Shown here: positions 45,034-52,873 of the stretch, one piece after another
How positions within the stretch are numbered: the stretch's first letter is position 1
Layout of the letters: each line of letters begins with the position of its first letter
IMG/VR virus record: IMGVR_UViG_3300036652_000269
Span: 25,279-89,278 of that record
Length of the DNA: 64,000 nt
Strand: one strand, 5' to 3'
Origin: a virus
Notes under the pieces: model-generated
Told to the model about the DNA's origin: nothing
The model's database searches: none
Seen by the model: the letters and a program-made list of their open reading frames with translations, nothing else
Made by a program: the position numbers and the translations under genes

Positions 45034-47583
45034 TCAGATAGTAGTTTTGCGTCCGCGTGCCTTTGCCTTCTCGGCCAGCTTTTCAAGTCGTGAGTTCACG
45101 ATCCACATCTTGGCACCGTGGAAGTCCCAGGCCCCATCATCGATCAGCTTGCGTGCCTGCTTGCCGATGTACAGCAGGATGCCGTCCGGTGTCAGCGTGT
45201 CGATGACCTTCTGCACCTGAGCGATGTAGTGGTCGATGCCACCGGTCACCGTGTCGGGGTCGATGGTCTGCATCTGCATAGCGATCATCGGCACGTGCTT
45301 GGGCAGGGTGGCCAAGACCTGCTTCTCCAACCACTCCATGTCGCCGTCGATCCAGGTGATGTTCGGGATCACCTTCAGCCCGGCTTCTTGGAAGTAGCGA
45401 CCGACCCACCGGGACCGCATCAGGTTCCACAGCGCATCGACCTTCATCATGAAAGTCTCTTGGCTGTAGTCCGGCGTCAGGATGTGCTTGATGCCGCTGT
45501 TGATGACCTTGGCCGTGTAGCGGTCGGGGTAGTAGTACCAGTTCTCGAAGTAGTCATCGAAGCAGTTTCCCGTGACGTAGACCTTGCCGTTACGGCGAGC
45601 CACGAATGTTCCGTAATCGGTAGTTGGGCACCACACCATGCCGTCGTAGTCAACTGTCGGTTCATTAGTCGCTGAGCTGAAGTTGCTGGTGCCATGCCAA
45701 CCACCTCCACCACGCTTATCGCGGAAGCCACCATGAAAGTCCAGCCCGTTTTGCCCGCTGACAGTCTTCCGCTTCAAGACTGTGGCTTGGTAGATCGGCG
45801 TATCGGTGTATGTGTACCCATTGATTGAAGTGTCTTGCTGGCGAACCCTAGTCGTAGTAGCTCGGCCAGCCATTGCACACAACGCAACGAACGCATCAGT
45901 TGCGGCTTTGTCTTTTTGGAAGAAGTGGTCGAACGTCTTGCTGCGCGTCCCATCTGCGTCAATCATTGTTTCAATCAGCAGGTCCCGCTGGTAGGGCGAC
46001 AACGAAGCCATGAACTCGTTGGTCATGGTCCTGCTAGGTGCGACCTGATGCAGTGCTTCAGCAATGGTTGACTTGATCCTGAATGATCGACAGTTGGTCC
46101 CGCTGTTTGATTCACTCCAAGCAGCGCCTACTAGCTTCAGCGATTGGCGGATACGTCGTTCGCCGTCCGTACCAAGTTTCTGGCTGATGGTCACATACTT
46201 GGTGCTTCCGCCGTCCCGCTTCCGCTCGTAAGTGGAGTAATGGCCTTCGGTGACAGCCCATCCGGCCAGTTCGACAAATGCGTCCGTGTAGACCGATGGG
46301 GAATCTTCTTGCATCGCGTCACCCATCAACAGCAAGATGTCTCGCTTTGTCAGGTAGTCTACAGTTTTGATGGATTGCACACCGGTAGCTGCGTGCCGCG
46401 TCAAGAACTTATGACCTGGCGTTACCAATGCATCAATGCCAGTGCCGGTAAGGTAGTGCATCTTTCCGGTATAGCGGAACCGATTGAACCGGCGAACCGG
46501 AGACCACTTCATCTGGTGGTCGTCAGGGTCCATGCACAGCACGATGTCATCGAGGGTCACCTCGCTACCGTGAAGCCAGCCCCGCTTCGACAAGATTTCG
46601 GTCTCATCGTCAACGCAGTAGAACGACATGATGACCTTCGACACGTCCTTCATGCCGGATGTCGAATCGATACCCCAGTTGTACAGCCACCACTGGTCGT
46701 CGTTGGGCCAGTCCTTGCACGCGCTTCCGGCCCACGAGTCGAGTTCGTCAGGTTCGCACGGCATGTCATCAGGGGTGCACAGCAGTTCGGGGATCAAGCG
46801 GGGGATACCCCAGTACCCAACGGTGTCAAAGTGACACTGGTCCGCAGGCTTCAGGGTCAGCATCCCTTGGAGTTCGCCAGGTGCACCCAGCAACTGGTCG
46901 GGTTCGGTCGGTGCCTTACCGTCCGCATCGTCGTCAACTGCCTTGCCACCACGGTGCACGACGGCAGGCATGTCGTCTTCGTCCAGCATGTCGTCGGTCT
47001 CTTCACCGAGTGGAGCACCGGCGAACGTCTTGGCCTTTCGTTCCCGGTCTTCCATCTGCTGCCTGATTTCCATCGCACGTTGTGCGTCAGACAGTGTGGT
47101 ATCGACTATCGACTGGACACTTTCCAGGATGCCGTCGAGTTCCAGGTTCGAGTAACCGGTACCCACCAGGTCGGGCAGGTCAGACAACAGGTCAGCCAGG
47201 ATTTCGTAATCATATGAGCCGTCTTCGGCTGTTTTATTGTCTGCGACGTTGATGCGGGTTGCCGCAACGTCGTCCACGTCCACGAACGAGACCATGATCT
47301 CGTCCCACTGTTCCTTGCGGGCAGCCAGCCAAGTGTGGTTACCTGCCAAGATTTCGTTCTTGCGGCCAGTCTTCGTCCCGACGTTGACGATGATGGCCCG
47401 GTACTGCCCGTTGCGTCGGAGCGACTCGGCTATCTTGTCGATGTTGCCGATCTTCGGGTTCTTGTGGAACCCGGTCAGTTCACCGATCTGAACCAGCTTC
47501 GTTTCTAGGATGATCTGACGCTTCGGCTCTGGCTTTTCGACAGCCTTCTTCATCGCCCGCTTCGTCGGCGTGGGTGTCGTCAT
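45034..47583 (-). CDS. ParB/Srx-like domain + DUF4417-like domain protein, intein-containing
   Basis: N-terminal NP...I.ESL...G....I.V...ILAGNHT..AA...ADN (ParB-like). After splicing: SFYCFDDYFENW...LTPDYS...WN..RSRWVG.YFQ..G..VIPNITW (DUF4417 pattern). Confidence 0.8.
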   Translation of the reverse strand: MTTPTPTKRAMKKAVEKPEPKRQIILETKLVQIGELTGFHKNPKIGNIDKIAESLRRNGQYRAIIVNVGTKTGRKNEILAGNHTWLAARKEQWDEIMVSFVDVDDVAATRINVADNKTAEDGSYDYEILADLLSDLPDLVGTGYSNLELDGILESVQSIVDTTLSDAQRAMEIRQQMEDRERKAKTFAGAPLGEETDDMLDEDDMPAVVHRGGKAVDDDADGKAPTEPDQLLGAPGELQGMLTLKPADQCHFDTVGYWGIPRLIPELLCTPDDMPCEPDELDSWAGSACKDWPNDDQWWLYNWGIDSTSGMKDVSKVIMSFYCVDDETEILSKRGWLHGSEVTLDDIVLCMDPDDHQMKWSPVRRFNRFRYTGKMHYLTGTGIDALVTPGHKFLTRHAATGVQSIKTVDYLTKRDILLLMGDAMQEDSPSVYTDAFVELAGWAVTEGHYSTYERKRDGGSTKYVTISQKLGTDGERRIRQSLKLVGAAWSESNSGTNCRSFRIKSTIAEALHQVAPSRTMTNEFMASLSPYQRDLLIETMIDADGTRSKTFDHFFQKDKAATDAFVALCAMAGRATTTRVRQQDTSINGYTYTDTPIYQATVLKRKTVSGQNGLDFHGGFRDKRGGGGWHGTSNFSSATNEPTVDYDGMVWCPTTDYGTFVARRNGKVYVTGNCFDDYFENWYYYPDRYTAKVINSGIKHILTPDYSQETFMMKVDALWNLMRSRWVGRYFQEAGLKVIPNITWIDGDMEWLEKQVLATLPKHVPMIAMQMQTIDPDTVTGGIDHYIAQVQKVIDTLTPDGILLYIGKQARKLIDDGAWDFHGAKMWIVNSRLEKLAEKAKARGRKTTI
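45565..46617 (-). mobile_element. Intein (351 aa) with LAGLIDADG-type endonuclease
   Basis: Starts CVDDETEILSKRGW; VTPGH block B; LAGWAVTEG and MIDADG; ends VYVTGN|C. Confidence 0.9.
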
Positions 47584-48155
47584 GGTCGGGTAATCCGCCT
47601 TAGTGGTCGTCGGACAGGTGTGGCCATCCTACGATGACCAGTGGTCTGTTGTTCGTCACGTTGATGAAGCTCTTCGACGTGCAACTTTCGATTCCACATC
47701 TGCAAGCCGTACTGCACGATGCACGCCGAGTCCATCAGGTCGGGGTCACTGTTTGACATGTCCCATGCCTTGGGCCAGTGCTGGTGGACGAAGCGTGCTA
47801 TCTCAGGTTTCTTGGCGGCACCGTTGCCGACGACCTGCTTCTTCCAGGTCGAACTGTTCACCATTTCCACCCGCTCGGCTCCTGCCACCCCAGCAGCTGC
47901 GATCAACGCACCGCTGACCTGGCCCAGCAACAGGGTGGATGCCTTGGACCCCCAGACGATGGGGGCTTCGATGAACACCCACGGATCGGAGTACGGCTCG
48001 ACCAGTGCCTTCACCCATTCGTGCACCAACACTAGTCGGCGCACCTTGTCGGTCGGCAGCTTGCGTGTCTCCATGTAGGACGAATCATGTTCTGACAAGA
48101 CCGTTGCCGCCAACTTCTTACTGGACGGGTCGATCCCCACGATGGTCGGTCGCAT
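47580..48155 (-). CDS. ruvC: RuvC-like Holliday junction resolvase
   Basis: IVGIDPS, VFIE, WKK.V.G.G.A.K, D..DS. Confidence 0.85.
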   Translation of the reverse strand: MRPTIVGIDPSSKKLAATVLSEHDSSYMETRKLPTDKVRRLVLVHEWVKALVEPYSDPWVFIEAPIVWGSKASTLLLGQVSGALIAAAGVAGAERVEMVNSSTWKKQVVGNGAAKKPEIARFVHQHWPKAWDMSNSDPDLMDSACIVQYGLQMWNRKLHVEELHQRDEQQTTGHRRMATPVRRPLRRITRP

Positions 48156-48157
48156 GA

Positions 48158-48640
48158 TCAGGCACCTTCTATGTTGATGACAGTCATGCCAGGGAACAGT
48201 AACTGCACAGCCACCGACGAACCAGCGTCGACGCTCACTTCGTCTACCATGACTTCTATGCAGTCGGTGATGTCCACCATCACGTTGGTGTCTGTCGATC
48301 TGAGAACCACCCGCGACAGTCGTGGTTGGCCGGGTGTCCTAAGCATGACCACTTCGATAGGACCTGTGCCGACGACAGGTTCACCCGATGTCGAAGACAT
48401 CTTGAGGTACTGACGTTCGTGACAGCCAGCCTTCGGACACGCCCAGCGGAGGTCTTCCGGGTTGTACACCATGTAGGTGCCCGTGTGCTGGGGGCACATG
48501 GGCACCCTGGATGGCCGAGGTACCGAAACAGGTGCACTGACCGGGCGCAGCTTGGGTGCCAGTTCGGGTTCGGGCTGGGCGGGCTTGACGTACGGCTTCA
48601 GTCGTCGCCGGGTGGGTTGCTTATCCTCGCTGGTGGCCAC
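48158..48640 (-). CDS. Hypothetical protein (Zn-ribbon)
   Basis: CPQH...WACP..GC. Confidence 0.5.
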   Translation of the reverse strand: MATSEDKQPTRRRLKPYVKPAQPEPELAPKLRPVSAPVSVPRPSRVPMCPQHTGTYMVYNPEDLRWACPKAGCHERQYLKMSSTSGEPVVGTGPIEVVMLRTPGQPRLSRVVLRSTDTNVMVDITDCIEVMVDEVSVDAGSSVAVQLLFPGMTVINIEGA

Positions 48641-49100
48641 CGCTGTCCCTTCCGTAGATCGCCCGGTCGTGTTCCAACTGTGCATCCGACAACCGTCTGC
48701 TGCCCAGGTCCGCTGCCGACTTGGCCAGTTCACGGAACGTACGGAGTTCGCCAGTCCGGAACAGGTACAGCGGTTCGCCCTTGACGACCCGCTTTTCACG
48801 TTCCAGCTTCTGGATCAGCATTGTCATTTCGCTAGCCCGGCCATAGTACGCTTCGGCTATCTCGTAGAGAGTCATGGTCCCGGCTACGTGCGGTGGTGGC
48901 TTCCGCCCCATCAGCACGTCTGCCATGTCGAAAATCTCTTCTTCCATCTTGGGGATGGACGGCAGACCTTCGCCCAGGAGGAAGGCGCGGACCAGGTGCC
49001 GCTGGGGTCTAGGGGTCGGTGTGTCCCTGCCCACCACACGGCCTGTACGCCGTTCTACGGGCTTCAGATCGTGCCGGATGCGTCTTACCACTGGGTCCAC
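48621..49100 (-). CDS. Hypothetical helical protein in recombination cluster
   Basis: 159 aa with GGAAGG RBS. Confidence 0.55.
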   Translation of the reverse strand: MDPVVRRIRHDLKPVERRTGRVVGRDTPTPRPQRHLVRAFLLGEGLPSIPKMEEEIFDMADVLMGRKPPPHVAGTMTLYEIAEAYYGRASEMTMLIQKLEREKRVVKGEPLYLFRTGELRTFRELAKSAADLGSRRLSDAQLEHDRAIYGRDSGGHQRG

Positions 49101-49134
49101 CCTTCCGCAGCCGTACGGACGTCCTCAGCGGTCA

Positions 49135-49977
49135 TCAGTACGTCACCTTGCCATCGGCGGTTATCAGTTCCTTGCTTGGCCAGCTACCGGCCCGTGGGCA
49201 GGCACCGTGCTTCCCTGCAAACGAGCAGTGGGTCCATTCGATCCCGTTGCGCATCTGACAACCGGGCAGCATGGACGGCAGTGTCTTGGTGTCCACGGCA
49301 GTATTCAGTTCGACAAGTTCGGCACGGGCAGCGGCAATCTTCCGTGCGTCGGGCTCGACCACCCATTCGAGCATCCGCTGGGTGGTCTTGTCTTCGTACA
49401 GGAAGACGAACAGGTCGAACCCACTGGCCAGGAAGTATCTGTCCACCTGAGCCTCGTGCTTGGCGTTCGGGTCAGCACCTTCGTACTTGCTGAACTGGAA
49501 CGTGGATACGCCTTTCACTTCGACACCGAACGACTTGCCCCGCCACCGTTGCATCGGGTGGTCCATCGGCACTACACCGGCACCGTCTGCCGTACCCCGT
49601 GATCGCAGCTTGGGCCAAGACAGCACGTACTCAATCTCGTCGATGATCCCGGCTTCCAACATGGCAGCCTGCAACCGAAGATGCCGCCACTTGCCGTCTT
49701 GGAAGATGTTCGCCAGTTGAGGGTCGATGGCACCTTCGCCCACCACCCCCAAGAAGGACAGCACCTGGGCACGCAAGCAGGCACCGGCACCTGACGAACT
49801 GAAAGACGAGTGCCGGATGCGTGGTTTGCTTCGCAGCTGTTCGGCAATCTTGGCCACTGTTGCTTCGCTGTACCCGTCGTCGCCGTGCTGTAGCAACCAC
49901 ATATTCAGCCGTGGTGTGATGATCAGCCTGTCATCTTGAAAGGCTTTGATCAGTGGGCCCAGCTTCAAGCCGCTCAT
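49135..49977 (-). CDS. PD-(D/E)xK (Cas4/RecB-like) exonuclease
   Basis: S.S....C.R, G...H, E, GTADG, VEVKG, Q..RY, C-terminal Cys cluster. Confidence 0.75.
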   Translation of the reverse strand: MSGLKLGPLIKAFQDDRLIITPRLNMWLLQHGDDGYSEATVAKIAEQLRSKPRIRHSSFSSSGAGACLRAQVLSFLGVVGEGAIDPQLANIFQDGKWRHLRLQAAMLEAGIIDEIEYVLSWPKLRSRGTADGAGVVPMDHPMQRWRGKSFGVEVKGVSTFQFSKYEGADPNAKHEAQVDRYFLASGFDLFVFLYEDKTTQRMLEWVVEPDARKIAAARAELVELNTAVDTKTLPSMLPGCQMRNGIEWTHCSFAGKHGACPRAGSWPSKELITADGKVTY

Positions 49978-50151
49978 CGGGGGATGTGCCCGAACGGGTG
50001 TGTTGGACTGTCCGGGCAACCGTACCGTCCACGGTTGTCTTCCCACCCGATGGTTGTCAGGTGCACAAGTGAGAAGCACAGCCTGCACTGGGCCGTGTCG
50101 CCTAGTGCGTATGTCTTGTTGATGGTTGATGGTGTGTCGTCGGGCACGTCC

Positions 50152-50457
50152 CTAGGTCCTTTCGATATGCACGACGCAGCGGTAGCCGGGGAACTCGATG
50201 ACGAGTACCGGTTCCTTGCCTTGTCGCACCGCTACGTCATACAACGTGGCGATGTAGCTACGGTTCATGGCGAACGTCTTTGCTGCCGTCTTTGCTTCTA
50301 TCACTTCGTCTTCGCTGCTGCCGTCGAAACGGATGCGACCCGATCCACTACCAGGGTGAGGTCTCCCACCACGGGACTTGACGATGCGCGTTTCCTGGAT
50401 GCGCCCGTTCTCCTGCGGGGTGGGCTTGCGCCACCGTGGTTCGTTGAAGTCCACCAT
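50152..50457 (-). CDS. Hjc-like PD-(D/E)xK resolvase
   Basis: E......GG...PGSGS....DG......IEAKT. Confidence 0.7.
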   Translation of the reverse strand: MVDFNEPRWRKPTPQENGRIQETRIVKSRGGRPHPGSGSGRIRFDGSSEDEVIEAKTAAKTFAMNRSYIATLYDVAVRQGKEPVLVIEFPGYRCVVHIERT

Positions 50458-52319
50458 CAGGCAGTAGCCCGCCTACGCATAACCCGCTTGGCCGGGGCCA
50501 CGGTGATCGGCTTTGGCTTGATGGCTGCCTTCAACGACGGCGGGATGTAGAGGCCGTGCTCTTGTCTGATCGACACTTCCAAGGCGTTAGCAAGGTCTTG
50601 GTCCGTTGCCACCCGTGCCTTGAAGTTGTCCTTGCCCTGCACTTTCAGGGTGCCGAAGGTCCATGACGGACCGGACTGGGTGATGAGCCCGAGTTCTAGA
50701 CCCTGCGCGATCATGAACGCTGTCAAGTCGATAGTGCCGGTGTTCAGGTCCCACATGAAGTGGATTTCCCGCAACGGCTTGGACAACTTCGACTTCTCCA
50801 AGAGCATCCTGTACTTCTGTGCGGTGCGTACCTTGGTGTCGATCCACTTTTCGCCATCGTAAGACTTTTCATTGGTAGACACCCAGCCGGTCTTCTTGAT
50901 GTTGAACCGGTACGAGGCGTAGTACCCCATTGCCTTGCCGCCGGTCGGTTGTTCAGTTGGGCCGAAGGTGACCCCGATGTTCTGCCGCAGTTGGTTGATG
51001 AACATACACGCGGTCCGTGCATTGGCGGTTGTCATCTTGCGAGACCCGCGGGACATCAGGCTGGCCAGTCGTCCCGGTTGTGCGGTGTCGGACATCGACT
51101 TGTCTGCATCCGCCTTGGGCATGGTGGCCGCGATACTGTCGAACACCAGCAGGTCAAGCCCGTTGCGGATCAGCATTTCCGCTGCGTCGATTGCCGCCTC
51201 TCCTGTTTCGGGGCGAGCCTGGATCAGATCGTCCAACCTGACCCCCACCGATTCAGCCCACTGGGGATCGAAGGCATGTTCGGTGTCTACGATGGCAGCG
51301 ATGCCACCTGCCTGTTGCACTTCACGAATGGCGTTCAGCCCGATGTAAGATTTTAGAGTGCTGTTGTGAGTGAACATCCCATCCGCGATTAGCGTCTGCG
51401 TGCTGGTGCCTATCGCGATGACAGGCTGGTCACCAACGTAACGAATGCTAGTCACCCTGGCCGTTCCGTCAAAGGTGGCGTTCGGGCCACGCGATGCGAT
51501 ACCCACACCGTCATACCAGAGTTTGGATGCCAGTCGTTCTGGCCTGACCTGGCCCATAAACCGCATCCGTTCACGCATTCCGCCTAGCAACGCTAACCGC
51601 TGTACGTCGGCCGAACCTTGGGGCTGGACTATGTATTTGAAACCTAGTTGGTCCAAGCACATCCGCACCTTGTCGAGCACAAGTCCGGGGTTCTGGCCGA
51701 ACTGAATACGTGCATGGCTGTCCACCCACCCTTCGCCGTCATAGACACCAGACAGGTAGGCGGCTTCGTACTGGTAGCTAGGCGCACCCCATGGCTTGCC
51801 GAACCATAGAATCTGGTCACCTGCACCAAGGTCGCAGGTCTTCTTCCACTCTGGCTTGTTCTGATTGTTGCGAACCAACCACAAGTGATTGGTGCTAGCT
51901 ACCGTTGTGGTGCCCTGGTCTGTCTTGATTTCGAACGACGGCAGCTGCTTGTGCCTTGTACGTTCGACAGTTGCACGACGGTACTTGCGAATCTGCCCCC
52001 TGCCAGGTTCGGGTTCTTCATCAAACCCGATGATCTCATCACCGACCCGCAGGCTTCCCATTGGTTGCCAGACGTAATCGGCGGTAAGGACCAAGGTTTC
52101 GGGTGCCAGGCAGAAGTCGCCTGTCACTTCGACAAACCTACCCCTTGGTAGTCCGCCTTGGCACAGCACGTCCACGGGGAGTAAGCCGGTCGGTAGATAT
52201 TTCACCACCAACGATTCGTGACTTGCTGGTACTAGAACGGTACTGCCCATCCGCCTGTTTATCTCGGCCATTAGCTCTTGCGATCTTGTCACGGCGGCGG
52301 GCTTCTTCTTGGGCGGCAA
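50457..52319 (-). CDS. recA: RecA/UvsX-like recombinase, intein-containing
   Basis: GGLPRGR.VE..G, VDTEHAFDP.WA..VGV, VFDS, FINQLR..IGV.FG..E...GG.A..YYAS.R. Confidence 0.92.
   Translation of the reverse strand: MPPKKKPAAVTRSQELMAEINRRMGSTVLVPASHESLVVKYLPTGLLPVDVLCQGGLPRGRFVEVTGDFCLAPETLVLTADYVWQPMGSLRVGDEIIGFDEEPEPGRGQIRKYRRATVERTRHKQLPSFEIKTDQGTTTVASTNHLWLVRNNQNKPEWKKTCDLGAGDQILWFGKPWGAPSYQYEAAYLSGVYDGEGWVDSHARIQFGQNPGLVLDKVRMCLDQLGFKYIVQPQGSADVQRLALLGGMRERMRFMGQVRPERLASKLWYDGVGIASRGPNATFDGTARVTSIRYVGDQPVIAIGTSTQTLIADGMFTHNSTLKSYIGLNAIREVQQAGGIAAIVDTEHAFDPQWAESVGVRLDDLIQARPETGEAAIDAAEMLIRNGLDLLVFDSIAATMPKADADKSMSDTAQPGRLASLMSRGSRKMTTANARTACMFINQLRQNIGVTFGPTEQPTGGKAMGYYASYRFNIKKTGWVSTNEKSYDGEKWIDTKVRTAQKYRMLLEKSKLSKPLREIHFMWDLNTGTIDLTAFMIAQGLELGLITQSGPSWTFGTLKVQGKDNFKARVATDQDLANALEVSIRQEHGLYIPPSLKAAIKPKPITVAPAKRVMRRRATA
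51363..52112 (-). mobile_element. Intein (250 aa) in RecA P-loop
   Basis: GDF|CLAPETLVLTAD...STNH...YLSGVYDGEG...ADGMFTHN|STLKS. Confidence 0.9.
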
Positions 52320-52635
52320 GTTGACTCCTAGTCGGTTTCATGAGTCGATAGAACTTGGTGCGTTCATCGAATGACAGTCGTGCACGTTGACGGTCTAGCT
52401 TTCGGTAATAGCCCTGTTTGCTGCGCACCTTCATGCACGGTTTGCAGATCAGGTCGTCTTCATCCATCCTGCCGTGCCAGATGCTGATGTCTATCCCGAT
52501 GACACCTTCAACCTCGCAGTCACGGCAGGTTGTGGCGTGTTTGATCGGTGGCTGCCTGCGCATGGCCAGCCATCGGTTCAGCCCGTGTAGTTCCAGTTCC
52601 GTGTAGTCGCTGATGTTCTTCATAGGCACGTCCAA
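52138..52635 (-). CDS. Hypothetical Zn-finger protein
   Basis: CRDC...CKPC; 3' end overlaps recA start. Confidence 0.4.
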   Translation of the reverse strand: MDVPMKNISDYTELELHGLNRWLAMRRQPPIKHATTCRDCEVEGVIGIDISIWHGRMDEDDLICKPCMKVRSKQGYYRKLDRQRARLSFDERTKFYRLMKPTRSQLAAQEEARRRDKIARANGRDKQADGQYRSSTSKSRIVGGEISTDRLTPRGRAVPRRTTKG

Positions 52636-52864
52636 TCAGGAACCCCAGCGTGAGTGCCGATGCCGTGCTGTGTTCAACCAACGTATGACCACCCACCGAC
52701 ATGTTCGAGGGGACACCTAGTACAGAGAACATGTCGGATGTATGACCCACCACCCCGGTTGCTTCGTCCATGGCCCACTGCATGAAAGCCGGGGTCTCCA
52801 CATCATCCACCTTCAGTGCATCAGCAGACCAGGTGGCAATGTGGCGGATCAGTTCGATGGTCAT
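52520..52864 (-). CDS. Hypothetical protein
   Basis: 114 aa after dnaE. Confidence 0.4.
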   Translation of the reverse strand: MTIELIRHIATWSADALKVDDVETPAFMQWAMDEATGVVGHTSDMFSVLGVPSNMSVGGHTLVEHSTASALTLGFLIGRAYEEHQRLHGTGTTRAEPMAGHAQAATDQTRHNLP

Positions 52865-52873
52865 GTCTAGGGA

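Noticed and set aside
49135-49977. CRISPR-associated Cas4
   Set aside because: No cas1/cas2 or array; the context is a recombination cluster, where such nucleases are common.
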